NCBI RefSeq assembly: GCF_006345805.1
Contig: NC_043012.1
Location: forward strand, 31,620,001 to 31,684,000
Direction: 5' to 3'
Origin: Octopus sinensis
Lineage: Eukaryota
DNA: 64,000 nucleotides
Shown here: positions 13,226 through 26,360 of the stretch, piece by piece
Numbering within the stretch: position 1 is the first letter of the stretch
Layout: every line of letters begins with the position of its first letter
The notes under the pieces: model-generated
The model's input: the letters and a program-made list of their open reading frames with translations, nothing else
What the model was told of the DNA's origin: nothing
Database searches by the model: none
Translations under genes and position numbers: made by a program

Positions 13226-13640
13226 AATTCAATATGAAATATATACAATAGTTTGGCGTAAGGTTAGCAATTTCGGAAGGTATGTGTGTGTGTATGGGGG
13301 AGGGGTGCAAGTCGAGTACATCTACCCGAAGAGGATGAAGCAAAGTGAACCTCGGTGGAATTTGAACTCAGAACGTAAAGACAGAAGAAATGCCGTTATA
13401 AACAAACTACCCGGCGTGCCAGTGATTCTGCCTGCTCGTCGTGTTATATGATATAAATATAAGCTACCTACTCCTACGTTCTGAGCTGAACTTAATTTAC
13501 AATCAACTTAGTTTTAATAGGATCCACTTCTACTAACTAAATGGTAGTCAGACTGTAATGTACAACCATTATAATATTAACACTAACTTCATAACTAAGA
13601 CATTGTAGGTATTTACAATTTCACTATTACAAAACTGCAA

Positions 13641-13865
13641 CGGCGGCGGGCGGGCTGACAGAATCGTTAGTGCGCCGGACGAGATGTTTAGAAGCATTTC
13701 GTCTGATTTTACGCTCTGAATTAAAATTCCTTCGAGGTCGGTTTTGTCTTTTATCCATTCGGGTTCGATAAAATAAGTACCAGTGAAGTACTGGGGTCCA
13801 TGTAACGGAGTGACCTCCTCCTCCAAAATTTCAGGCTTTGTGCCTATAGTAGAAAGGATTATTAT
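13641..13865 (+). mobile_element. SINE family B
   Basis: Head, core and aaatttcaggctttgtgcctatagtagaaagg tail. Confidence 0.8.
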
Positions 13866-14115
13866 AGAAACCACAAAGGACGTTCACTCTCGTCTCAACA
13901 ACCTTATAGGGCCAAGAGAAATCAATACTTGCTCCCCGTCTGCATACACACCCTGAGCATATGTCAAAACATGAACATTAGCATCGGGGGTTCTTAGACC
14001 CATGGGACACTGCCAAGCAACTAACTTGTTTGGTCACGCCTTAACATGAAATGGACTACTACTTGAATCGTGATTAAGTCTAACATATCATTAGCTGAGT
14101 AATATTTATCCCCAT

Positions 14116-14635
14116 AAGGCGGCGAGCTGGCAGAATCGTTAGCACGCCGGGCGAAATGCTTAGAGGTATTGCGTCTGCCGTTACGTTCTGAGTTCAAATT
14201 CCGCCGAGGTCGACTTTGCCTTTCATCCTTTCGGGGGCGATTAAATAAGTACCAGTTACGCACTTTGCCTTTCATCCTTTCGGGGGTGATTAAATAAGTA
14301 CCAGTTACGCACTGGTGCGTAACTGGTACTTATTTAATCGCCCCGAAAGGATGAAAGGCAAAGTCGACCTCGGCGGGATTTGAACTCAGAACGTCGATAT
14401 ACTCGACTTAATCCGTTTGTCTGTCTTTGTTTGTCCTCTCTGTGTTTAGCCCCTTTTGGGTAGTGAAAAAGGTATTTCGTCTGCTGCTACGTTCTGAGTT
14501 CAAATTCCGCCGAGGTCGACTTTGCCTTTCATCCTTTCGGGGTCGATAAATTAAGTATTAGTTACGTACGGGGGTCAATCTAGTCGACTGGCCCTTTTCC
14601 CCAAAATTTCGGGCCTCGTGCTTAGAGTAGAAAAG
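14116..14635 (+). mobile_element. composite SINE family B insertion (dimer with internal duplication and inversion), 15-bp TSD
   Basis: aatatttatccccat at 14101-14115 and 14636-14650; segment 14315-14394 is the reverse complement of about 14183-14263. Confidence 0.9.
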
Positions 14636-14654
14636 AATATTTATCCCCATTTAA

Positions 14655-14922
14655 ACATAGATGTTTTGGTAGAGCAAATTATACTGCGGTAGGTACCATG
14701 AGAGAAACCCTCGTATTGACTTTTGGTGCAAAATACAATCTTGTTTACATAGGAAGCGGGGAGAGAAACACGTGCCGCCTCTGGTGCCAAGATCACCAGA
14801 TCACATGATTTATCTCTCTGTTAGAGATAGGAACAAGAGTGCATTTAACAACAAAAGTCAATATGAGAGTTTCTTTCATGGTATCTACCGCTGTATAGAT
14901 TATTCCAATAGAACATTTAGTG
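14655..14922. repeat. fold-back palindrome P2 (MITE-like, no ribozyme motif seen)
   Basis: tatactgcggtaggtaccatgagagaaaccctcgtattgacttttg / caaaagtcaatatgagagtttctttcatggtatctaccgctgtata; centre tctggtg-ccaagat-caccaga. Confidence 0.75.
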
Positions 14923-16130
14923 GGTGTTGGTGATGGCTTTGGTGGTGGGGATGTTACCGTTCGTTATTAATGCTCTCTCTCTGTCACTAATAAATATTCA
15001 TTAGCAAAGTAACATAAAATTAATTAAAAACAATAAAAGAAATGAGTTAATTGGTATTCTTTAAAACTATATTTAAATATCTTCTTTTGAATCATTTTGT
15101 ACAGATAGGAATCTCGTGAGATACTAAATAAACGTAGTATATCACTTTTGGCACCCTGTTTCTCATATGTTTGGTAAATAGTTCAACAAAAAAGCAAGTA
15201 AGACTTACGTTATTGGCTATTGTATCGCAAATATAAATACATTTTAATTACGATAGAAGCAAATTATGATATAAAGCAAATGTTTCTTTCGCCTATGTTG
15301 ATTCTTAATTTTTTTTCGGCGTAGAGACATAAATTTCGAGAGGATGAAAAGTTGTGGTGCCAAGATTTCTGAAAATAGTTCCCGTTAATCTCTGCAATCA
15401 CACATCGGTATTTTTATTATCCTCTACTAAACTATATGTGTGTATGTATGTATGTATGTATGTATGTATGTATGTATGTATGTATGTATGTATGTATGTA
15501 TGTATGTATGTGTGAGTGTGTGTGTACCTACATGCGAATTTGCGGTGTGTATATGTGTGTGTGTGTGGATGTGTTGTGTGGTGTGGTGTGTGTGTGTGTG
15601 TGTATATATATATTATATATATACGTATAGGTAGATAGATAGATTTGTTAGATAGATAGATAGAGAGAGAGAGAGAGAATGTGTGTGTGTGTGTGTGTAA
15701 ACTGAAGTAAATGCTTATATGAAAATACCCACTGCTTGTGCGTATATGTGTATATTTGTAAGTGTATGAGTGTATGAAAAGTATGTAGATGTATTTGTTA
15801 TATGAATTGTAAAATAGACATTCAGACAGTATAACCAATGTATTCTACCCGGACCCTTATTTCTCCCTTTTTCTAAACAGGAGCAGATAATCCAGCATAC
15901 AGAGATGGCTATATATATATATATATATACCAAATGACTCAGACATTTATAATAAATGTCAGTAGAGGCCAAATGTAACTAAATACTTCCAAATCCAATG
16001 TTTAATTTAGTTGCTATATAAAACCTACTTCTGACAAGCGTGATTCCAAGCCTGTAAACAACTTATTACGACAAACTTCGTAACAGACACATACGTACAT
16101 ACAAACATATATATACAAATATATACATTT

Positions 16131-16163
<33 letters not shown>

Positions 16164-16202
16164 CACACACATATATAAATAAATATGCATTCATATATAT
16201 GT

Positions 16203-16252
<50 letters not shown>

Positions 16253-16758
16253 GTGTATATATATATATATATACATACATGTACATGTATATATACATAT
16301 ATATGTATATACATACGCGTACCAACATACACACGCACACACAAACACATACATGCACGCACACACCACATACATAGATAAACCAAAACCTGTGATACTT
16401 AAACGTTTGCTGAAGTCGTTACAGACAGACATATTGCGAAGAAAAAATAAACATATCAATTGAAATGTTTATGATTGTGGCGGGAAAATCTGGGTGGGGG
16501 GGAAGAAGGAGTGAGCGAGTGTGCGTGGTTGTGTGTGTGCGCGCGAATGAGAGAAAGAGACAGAGGGCGAGAGAAAGAGTGAGAGAGAGAGTGAGAGAGA
16601 GTGAGTGAGCACAGGAGCAAGTGGGAGAGAAACTAGAAAATTCGGTAAATTCTTTTACATATATCAACATTCTATTTTATAAACAGTGTTGACAAAACAC
16701 ACCCGATATTTCTGGCCGTGAAGGATAAAAAGTGCTATTACTAATAATATATATATAT

Positions 16759-17033
16759 ATATTCTGTTGTGTCTGGGGAGAGTCATTTTCTTTTTGTGCC
16801 TTATTATTTAACACACTCACCGGTAGCATTTCCACTTATTTCTTATTTTTATCGTCCTAAAATTTGCGTGTTGCAAACTTTTCAATAGTTTTGACTCTAT
16901 TTCAAAACTTGAAAAGGTTGCAAGACGCAACGAAAATTTTAGGACAATAAAAATAAGTGGAAATTCTACCGGTGAGTGTGTTAAATTAGAAGGCACAAAA
17001 AGAAAATGACTTTCCCCAGACACAACAGAATAT
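16759..17033. repeat. fold-back palindrome P3 with UUGAAAA hammerhead-like core
   Basis: Arms attctgttgtgtctgggga... / ...tccccagacacaacagaat. Plus 16908-16945 reads c-TTGAAAA-g-gttgc-aagac-gcaac-GAAA-attt-TA-ggac. Confidence 0.85.
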
Positions 17034-17706
17034 GCATCAACACGCGAACTCATATAAAGAATCTTGCAAGCCAAATCCAAAAACGAAATATATATATCCC
17101 AGGGTTTCAAGTTCGATAAAAGGAAAGTGTTGGTTGTTAGCGTGAAGCTAATTAATGAGTTTGGCAATATTTTTAGCAACCGACGTAAATTTAGCGATAG
17201 AGATCGAACCGGATAGCAGGTCATTGTACTAAAATCTATATTAAGTATTATAAATCACTCTTAATACTTTTAAATCTAATAGATCGTGTCAGTAATTAAT
17301 TAATTGAGCTTGTGCTTGTCACATAACTTAAATGATGACATTTAAAAGAAGACATTTGTGCTAACAATCCCTAGCTCATTAATAATTTCTGGAATAAGGA
17401 AAGGTTTGCAGATTTTTAAAGAATTTTTATGAGAAGAGGGAATTCGAATTGACGATATTCATGCATTTCCAAAGATTAATAACAGTTCAAATGAAGTGAA
17501 ATATTTGTAAACGAGAACCTAAAGCGATACTTCGCCAGTTTTCTACTAAATGTGTTGTAATCGTTATTCTAACTTCAATAATATCAATAAATATCTCCGG
17601 ACAAACTAACAATTAATCATGCTAAAAAAACAACACATTTTCAAAACCTTAAATATTCAGTAGAAACATGGAATGCACTCACGCGCGTGTATGTGTGTGT
17701 TTACAC

Positions 17707-17757
<51 letters not shown>

Positions 17758-17916
17758 GTATACATATATGCATGAATATGTGTATTTATATACATACTAT
17801 ATACATACATACATATATATACATATATATATATATAATGTAATATAATATACAATCATATATATATGAATATATATATATATATACACACACACATACA
17901 TACATACATACATACA

Positions 17917-17947
<31 letters not shown>

Positions 17948-18230
17948 GCTAAAGATAGTTGGATAAAATATTAAGCACTTAGTTGTTAGGGCAACGTATA
18001 CATTAGTCATGTTCGAAATGAAGACAATATCTGTGGTTGGCAAATGTTTATCTAATTAATTATTAACACTACTTATTAGTTTTAAAAGTAATAATTGTCA
18101 TTCTTAAAAATCTCTAAATATTTTTAGCCATCTGTCATTGGAATTTCAAACTGTTGTGATATCCTAAAATACATTCGTTTTTCTGGCATTAAAAAAGAAA
18201 TAACGCCAAGATGAATTTCATTACACGCAT

Positions 18231-19615
18231 TGTTGTGCGGACTCCCCTAGACGATAAGTAGGCCAGTCCAATACGTATAAATGGTGGACGTGATAGCTAG
18301 TGAGAAGCGTCGAGTAGAGAATGTTTGAGTTGTTGATTTAGTCTGGCGATAACGTGGTTATTGAGAGCGGTGAGTTGTTGCAATTTGCATTTTTTGAAAC
18401 TGTTATTTGTTGGAATTTTGAGATTTGTTAATTATTGTTGACTTTGTTTACTTCTTCCCCATTTTTGGGTGAAGATATGGAAGCTGGTAGTTACGTGGCA
18501 GTGGCGAGCAAAAGCTCGCTAACCGACGTCCTACAAAAGAAAAATATTTTAAAGGAAAATTTTTTAAAGGAAAAATATTTTAAAAAGTACCAAAGATTTT
18601 TTTTTTTAAAAGAGGGAGACTGTCTCAGGCTGATATCCCCGGTAGAAGCGATGGAAAGGGCAGAAAAGAAAATAATTACTTACAGAATTCTGAATGCCTG
18701 TGTGAAGTGAAGGGAGTAACGGCGTTCTATACTCGTAGAAGGAAGTACGGCATGGTGGAGGTTCGCTTCGTGAACGTGGATGAAGCGAAAAAGTACGCCA
18801 CGGTGCCGTTGAGATCAGCCAGGTGGGTACTGTTGCCAACCTATCGTGGTAAAAGGACGACGAGAGTACGGATAGGGAGAGTGCCGCCCGAAATAGATGA
18901 GGAATGGCTGGTGGCAGCTATCATGTACAACTGTGAGGAGGAGACCGAGACTATCAAGGTGGTGAAATCGGCAGAGATAAACTGACGGGGATATGGGCTG
19001 GAAATTATGGTCCATATAATCCTGCCAGACTTACACAAGATAGCAGAGGAGTTGGTGCTACCCGATGACACCTGGTTGAGAATCGTGGTGGAGGGGAGAC
19101 CACCGATATGTTATAATTGCAGTACAAGGGGACACATGAAGGCAAGGTTTCCCAAGAGACAAGAGAAAAGAGCGGAGAACCAGTCAGAGGAGGAAAAGGA
19201 GGCGGAAATAGTAGGAAACAGAAAAAGAACAAGTGCGGAGTCACCGGCAAAAAGCCCGAAAAAGAAGAGAAAAGCGGAAAAAGTACAAGAGAAAAAATTA
19301 GTAAAGAAAAGAGACAAGATTGAAACTGGAACCCCAGAACCAGAGCCTACAATAAGTAGGAGAGAAGAAATAGACAGAGAGGAGAAATATGAGGAGTGGA
19401 AAGAGGAAGTAAGGACGAAAATGGAATATGTGAGGCAAAGAAAGCAGCCGACTGGACGACACTTAAGAATGATGATAATTTACGATAAGAAAGTGGAAAT
19501 TGAGAAAAAGATCGCAAAGGTGAAGAATTTAATAAGAGTAAGACTAGAGGAAGAGGTGTTTGGTCGCGAGGAAAGAGCAGTACAAGCTGGCATGTTCAAA
19601 GGAGGTAATAAGTGA
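18231..19615 (+). pseudogene. non-LTR retrotransposon ORF1 (gag-like, RRM-like region plus CCHC zinc knuckle) with 5' leader, disrupted
   Basis: Frames 18435-18710, 18707-18985 and 19007-19615 join via a frameshift and an in-frame TGA. Motifs VRIGRVPPEI and VEGRPPICYNCSTRGHMKARF (CX2CX4HX4C with the last C changed to F), then a Lys/Glu-rich tail. Cut at the 3' end by a SINE. Confidence 0.75.
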
Positions 19616-20112
19616 ATTACATCGACTCCAGTGTACAATTGGCACTTATTTTATCGACCCCGAAAGGATGAAGGGCAATGTCGACCTCGGTGGAATTTGA
19701 ATTCAGAACGTAAAGACGGACGAAATACCGTTAAGCATTTTGCCCGGCGTGCTATCGATTACTCCAGCTCGCTGCCTTCTGTTGGCGAAATATTACTGTA
19801 CATAGAGTCACTTCGTCATCCTGTGATATGTGTATCTACTATGCATGGGATGTACATACTTCCGGGGGGGGGGGGGGGGGGGGCGGAAATAAGTGTTTCA
19901 AATTTTGGCACAAGGGCAGCAATTTTAGAGAGAGAGGGCAAGTCGATTACATCGACCCCAATCATTGACACCTACTTTGTATTGTCGACCCCGAAAGGAC
20001 GAAAGGTAAAGTTGAGCCTGACAGTATTTTAGTTCAGAACGTAAAGAGACGAAAGAAATGCCACTAAGCATTTTGTTCGACGCGCTAACGTTTGTGCTTC
20101 ATCGTCGCCTTA
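19615..20112 (-). mobile_element. two SINE family B copies (about 19615-19780 and 19895-20112)
   Basis: tttatcgaccccgaaaggatgaa core and reverse tRNA-like heads. Confidence 0.8.
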
Positions 20113-20954
20113 ACTACCGCGAAGTAATAATGTCAATCAGCCCATCACATTTTAAACATAACCACTTAACTATGAACACTTGATAACGAGGAAATGAAAT
20201 CAACTTGTTGATATAACTTTTATAATGATGTCTTTCATAGGAAAATAGTTATGGTTGCTCTGACCTCTTTCTACGTGACTATTTGTATGATAAGCAAAGT
20301 TCATAAGCTAATCAAAGAGAGTTTACGGTATTTACATACACGACTTCTAAGACTTAATCTTATACCGAATCATATTAAATTTCTATTTTCGTGAGGGTGA
20401 GAAAGTCAGAATCAACGTTATAAAACTTGTTGATATCAGAATAATAAAGATCTGTGATCTTTAAGTAACTACATAAGTCAGGTCAAGGGATCATATTTGT
20501 GGAGCGAAATAATTGCTTGAACCAAATATAAAGTTCCTTGCATTGAGGGACAGCACTTTATATTCTTGGTTCAAATTACGCCAAGGTTATCTTTGCCTTT
20601 TGCCTTTCATCCTTCTAGGGTTCATCAAGTAAAGTATTTTTCCCATTATTTCAGTCGTTGGACCGCGGCCATGCTGGAGAACCAGCTTGATGGGTTTAGT
20701 CATTGAAATCGTCCCCACTACTTATTTTTTGAGCCTAGTACCTTTCCATCGGTTTCTTTTTTGCCGATCTGTTCAGTTACGAAGATGTAGACAAACAAAC
20801 ACTGGATGTCGAGCGGTGGTTGGGTACAAACACAAACACAAAGACACACACACACACAAACAAACACACACATAAAAAGAAGTCGGTCTCTAAGGCACTT
20901 TCTCCGCCCCATCCTGCTATTGCACCAGCTCTTCTCCGCCAGCTCTTCGCCATC

Positions 20955-20999
20955 CCCCTCCTCCTCCTCCTACTACTACTACTATTATTGCTACTGCTG

Positions 21000-21081
<82 letters not shown>

Positions 21082-21140
21082 CGCAGCCGCCTCTGATGCT
21101 GCCACTGCTGCCGCTGCCGCCGCCGCTACTGCTGTTGCTG
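20955..21140. repeat. (CTC)n-(CTA)n-(CTG)n-(CCG)n trinucleotide series
   Basis: Direct reading. Confidence 0.95.
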
Positions 21141-21218
21141 CGTATTTTATGTATATTTATGTGCGCGCGAATGTGTATGTGTGTGCATATGTGCACGCGG
21201 ATATATATGCATAAATTA

Positions 21219-21261
<43 letters not shown>

Positions 21262-21316
21262 ATAGATAAACATACATATAAACATGAATATTTACACACA
21301 TTCATGTGTGTGTGTA

Positions 21317-21363
<47 letters not shown>

Positions 21364-22306
21364 GCACATATCACCTAACAGACTAATATCAGAATTAGAA
21401 GAAATCCCAAAGTGGACAAACACAATAACCTCAATGCAACAAGTATGCAACAGTGATAGAATGAAACTCCACTAATCTGTAGAAGAGATGGGGGAGACGT
21501 GCAAGGAGGAACCTTAGGAGACAAGTACTAAACTTCCGGAAGGGCTGTACCTATCATCAAAACACAGTTCACAGCTTAGGATTGAAAATTTGCCGATATC
21601 TCAAAGTAAATGGGAAACGTCCATGAAAAGTATATAAATGTATTAAGGAAACCCATGGGTACACTCTCTAGTATTAGGCAAGAAGTGCAGAGTGAGTATT
21701 GATTCCCTCCTTCACCAAAAGCTAGTTGCAAAAGGGAGGCTATGGAAACGGTAGTAGTAGCTAGGGCGTTGATTCGGCGTGGCCACAACACTTAGAATGG
21801 TTTTAGTAAAATACGAAGAAAACAAGGAATATGTACATACACATTTATACATACAATCGATTATACAAGTCAACAATCCTGTGGTGCAACTCGTCTTTCA
21901 TATGAAGGTGTCCGCGGACATCCTACAATATTTTCCGTACTTTAGATAAACAGCTTCCTCCTTCTACAAAATGTTATATATTATCTAATTAATAGACACT
22001 CACTTAAATTTCCGCATTCTAATTCTCTGAACTTCGCTGATAATATAGCCAGCGGAAGCGGCAGAAAATTAAACACTATTGGTAATTACTTAAGTATTAA
22101 TAACGATTCTTGTCGTTCGTCCATATTTAGTACATACCCCATTAATAATACTCATGAAAGTGAGAAGAATTGTACTATTGTTAGTAACTATTGTACTATT
22201 GTTTACGTTAGTAAAAAAAAAAAAAAAAAACATTAGTAAAGATAAAAACAATGTTGCTTCACTACTTAGTAAACCTGATATTTTATGGAAGTGTAGAGAT
22301 AGATGT

Positions 22307-22696
22307 GGTGGTGGAAGCACTCCGTCGGTTACGACGATGAGGGTTCCGGTTGATCCGAATCAACGGAACAGCCTGCTCGTGAAATTAACGTGTAAGTGGC
22401 TGAGCACTCCACAGACACGTGTACCCTTAACGTAGTTCTCGGGGATATTCAGCGTGACACAGAGAGTGACAAGGCCGGCCCCTTGAAATACAGGTACAAT
22501 AGAAACAGGAAGTAAGAGTGAGAGAAAGTTGTGGTGAAAGAGTACAGCAGGGATCACCACCATCCCCTGCCGGAGCCTCGTGGAGCTTTAGGTATTTTCG
22601 CTCAATAAACATTCACAACGCCCGGTCTGGGAATCGAAACCGCGATCCTATGACCGCGAGTCCACTGCCCTAACCACTGGGCCATTGCGCCTCCAC
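22307..22696 (-). mobile_element. tRNA-derived SINE family C, full length, 12-bp TSD
   Basis: agagatagatgt at 22295-22306 and 22697-22708. Head ggaggcgcaatggcccagtggttaggg...ggtttcgattccc; 3' end cctcatcgtcgtaaccgacggagtgcttccaccacc resembles an RTE-type tail. Confidence 0.9.
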
Positions 22697-22894
22697 AGAG
22701 ATAGATGTAATAGCCTTTTGAAATATCAATGACCCTGTAAGAATATAGTATATGTTTCTTCCTGATAACGGGGTTACTGCAACGGTACTTAAGGCGAGGT
22801 TGAATAATCATGAACATTCTTTTACATTCAAGAAGTAATTACGTAGCACGTCTTTAGTAAAGTTAATCTGGGATTTGAAAGACAAAAATATAAT

Positions 22895-23110
22895 TTCAAA
22901 TTTTGGCACAAGGTCAGTAAGCTTAGAGGAGGGGGTCAGTCGGTTATATTGATTCACGTGCTCAACCGGAACTTATTATATCGACACTGAAATGATGAAA
23001 GGTAAAGTTGATCTCGGCGGAGTTTGAACCCAGGACATAAAGACGGACGCAATGCCATAAAATAAAATATTTTGCCCGGCGTGCTAAACATTTTGCCAGC
23101 TCGCCGCCTT
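22895..23110 (-). mobile_element. SINE family B, diverged
   Basis: Core plus gccagctcgccgcctt head on the reverse strand. Confidence 0.75.
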
Positions 23111-23659
23111 ATAGCAAAATTATAAATCACTCAGTTTCGTAATCTATTATATAAACTGCATTTCCATGTAAATGGGGTGTTCCGTGAAGACACTTGAAAT
23201 TCTGAAATGAAAGTCAGGTCTAATTCATAAATATAACGAGCTGTTAATTAAAAAAAAAATCTACTCAACTTATGATTGGCAGAGAAATACATAAGTACGA
23301 ACATATATATTTATACTGTCTGAATTTCTTTTCCCGCTGTTACTACAATTCATCGTCAGTTGGTCTCGGATTACAGTACTGTTCCCCTATAATATTAGAA
23401 ATGACTTGTTGCTAGAACTTTATCTCTCAACTTATTTTTTATCTCCGACATATCCCGCTTTACACTTCATTCTTAAATTTCCTTGTAAGTCTAGTGTGTA
23501 TTTTGATTTAGTGTGTATATTCATTATTTACATATATCTGTTTATTTAATCAATTATTGTATATATGTGTATACATGAATCTATAGCGGTGTATGTGCAT
23601 GTATGTATGTATGTATGTATGTATGTATGTATGTATGTATGTATGTATGTATGTATGTA

Positions 23660-23992
23660 TGTCTTGCCTCAGTAAAGCTGGACTCAAGAGTCATCTTCGT
23701 AGTCATAAAGCGAGACAGATGATTGACAACCAGGCCCATGGTGGTGGTGTTACACTCCATAGTAATCCTATCTGCCAGGTATGTAGAAGGGAGTGTAATT
23801 CGACGGGAGGACTTAAACGACATGCAAAGGTACATGAAGCCCAGTTACAACTACAGCCGGCTATTGCCGGTAAAGATTTTAGCTGCCAATTCTGTACAAG
23901 ATATTGTAGATGTTTAGCTAGGCTAAAGAGTCACCGATAACAGTTAAACCGCATGCAATGGCCATACTCGATAACGAGGGGGCAGCCATCAT
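23660..23992 (+). mobile_element. RTE-clade LINE 3' end encoding tandem C2H2 zinc fingers
   Basis: CLSKAGLKSHLRSH, CQVCRRECNSTGGLKRHAKVH, CQFCTRYCRCLARLKSHR*, then a short 3'UTR atggccatactcgataacgagggggcagccatc; (TATG)n on both sides. Confidence 0.7.
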
Positions 23993-24007
23993 GTATGTAT
24001 ATGAGTT

Positions 24008-24071
<64 letters not shown>

Positions 24072-24628
24072 ATATATATATGCGACCTCGATATGTGAAT
24101 CGTTTTGAACGCAAGGACGTTACTTCTGTTTCCCGAAGATTCCTACAGCGGGAAAATGGGACTCGACTCACTTGTTTGACGTATCCACTTATACCGATTT
24201 TTTAAACTCGATATCCTAACAAAATGTACAAACACCTACAGTTCGACCCACGTAGGAGTGATGGTCTGGGAATCTAAAGCTAAATGATTCCAATATCTTG
24301 CATTCTCCATTACGTGAACCTATCAAAAAAGAACAAAAAAATACATATGATCTGAAATAACGTGCGTGTGTGTGTATGTATATGTATGTGTGTATGTGAT
24401 TTTGTGTATGCGTGTGTGCTGGGTTGTGTGGGTGTTGTGTGTGGGGTTTGTGTAAGCGTATATGTGCGTTCCTGTGTATATGTTCGTGCGTGCTTGTGCT
24501 TACGTGCGTGGGTGCTTGTATGTGTGTCTGTGTTTATGCCCATGTGTGTGTAATTGTGTGCGTGTCTCTATGAGTGTGTATTGTGTGTTTTGGAGGTATG
24601 GAATAACTACTGTGAAGCATTGTGTAAA

Positions 24629-24877
24629 ATATATTGTATAAAAGATCGTGGGTAAGACCAAAACAATGAGAAGTAAATGCAAGGTAAATCACAAGAAAAC
24701 GAATATGTGAATTAATGTAGACTTACCTTGTATTCAATATTTCGGGGTTATGACCCCATTCTCAAGAAATTGAATACAAGGTAAGCCTACATTAATTCAC
24801 ATATTTGTTTTCTTGTGATTTACCTTGCATTTACTTCTTATTGTTTTGGCTTTACGCATGATCTTCTATACTATATA
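24629..24877. repeat. fold-back palindrome P4 with a hammerhead-like motif as its loop
   Basis: Roughly 105-bp arms (aagtaaatgcaaggtaaatcacaagaaaac / gttttcttgtgatttaccttgcatttactt). Confidence 0.9.
24733..24768 (-). ncRNA. candidate minimal type-I hammerhead ribozyme, U3-A8 variant
   Basis: Minus strand: ttc-TTGAGAA-t-ggggt-cata-acccc-GAAA-ta-TT-gaa. Stem I ttc/gaa, 5-bp stem II, palindromic ATAT stem III. Confidence 0.55.
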
Positions 24878-24998
24878 TATATGTGTGTGTATATATACAT
24901 ACATATATACATATATGTGTATGTATATATGTATATAATATGTGTGTATCTATACATACATATATATATATATATGTATGTATATATATATATATATA

Positions 24999-25052
24999 TG
25001 GCGGTGCCCCAGCATGGCCACAGCTCGTGAGCTGAAACTAGATAAAAAAAAA
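24999..25052 (+). mobile_element. orphan LINE/SINE 3' tail inserted in (TA)n
   Basis: ggcggtgccccagcatggccacagctcgtgagctgaaactagataaaa; reverse copies at about 42478-42528 and 53858-53896; shares its start with the SINE A tail. Confidence 0.65.
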
Positions 25053-25061
25053 TTATATATG

Positions 25062-25092
<31 letters not shown>

Positions 25093-25175
25093 GTATGTAT
25101 ATATATATGTGTATATATATATACATATATATATATGTATGTATATACATATATGTATATATATATATACATACA

Positions 25176-25223
<48 letters not shown>

Positions 25224-25924
25224 CATGTGTGGGTGTGTATATATATATATGTATAGATGTGATATACATATATATATTCTGTGTTTACCGATACAAGGAA
25301 ATATTTTTATAAATCTGTATGTGTATCCGCAGAATAAGAAAAAAATCAGTAGCATGACATATGTAGAAAGTAAGGCCGGGGAAGATGAGGCAGTAAGAAA
25401 ATGGTAGAGGTTGTAGGAAAAAGAATAAAAAAAAAAGCATTCTACTGGCTGCGAAATCATGGTTGTTGGCATGCAAATCAAATATTGTGGATTTTCAGGA
25501 CACATGGCGTCTTGAAAAAGTTGTAAAGCTTTAGCTGACTAACAAAGTGTGGAATGTGCGTTATTGGATGACCTCGTCTAAACACTTCTCTGTTACCACG
25601 GAAACGAACGGCTGATACCGATGACATACAACAGTTTTGGCAGCTAACTGACTTTGCATATCTTTCCCCGAAATATCCTGCAAAATATTTCGCTTACATC
25701 AAACGTTGATGCCTTGCACAATGTAGTCGGCATCACATTAAGAGCTATATCGTTGAGCATGCTCCAAGGAGCTTCTCCTACAACAAAAGCCAAATCTACT
25801 CGCTATATTGTTCAAAAAGTTAAGAATGAAATCTTTCAATTATATTTGAGGTTTTCTACGGTTAATAACAACGTACGAATTGTGTAGTGATTTCATTTAC
25901 CAATATTTAATAACTGCAAGACAG

Positions 25925-26360
25925 CAAAATGGCAGAATCGTTATCGCGCCGGATAAAATGATTAGTGGTATTTCTTCCGGTGAGATGGCAGAAACGTTAG
26001 CACGCCGGACGAAATGCGTAGCCGTATTTCGTCTGCCGTTACGTTCTGAGTTCAAATTCCACCGAGGTCGACTTTGTCTTTCATCCTTTCAAGTACCAGT
26101 TACGCACTGGGGTCGATGTAATCGACTTAATCCGTCTGTCTGTCCTTGTTTGTCTCCTCTCTGTTTAGCTCCTTGTGGGTAGTAAAGAAATTAGGTATTT
26201 CTTCCGACTTTACGTCCTGATTTCGAATCACGTCGGGGTCGTCTTGGAGGTTCATCCTTATGGGACAGATAAAAAAAGTACCAGTTGAGCAGTGAGGTCG
26301 ATATAGTCAACTTACCCCTCCCCCGAGATTGCTGACCTGCGCCAAAATTCGAAACAAATA
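25925..26360 (+). mobile_element. nested SINE family B (young copy inside an older one)
   Basis: ggtatttcttccg occurs before and after the inner copy (about 25967-25979 and 26195-26207). Confidence 0.75.

Noticed and set aside
22620-22696. tRNA gene
   Set aside because: tRNA-like A/B boxes are the head of a SINE bounded by a 12-bp TSD; no clean acceptor stem. The same applies to family A and B heads.
25340-25860. Possible exons on either strand
   Set aside because: Only short open frames, no recognisable motif, and an implausibly short intron between candidate exons.
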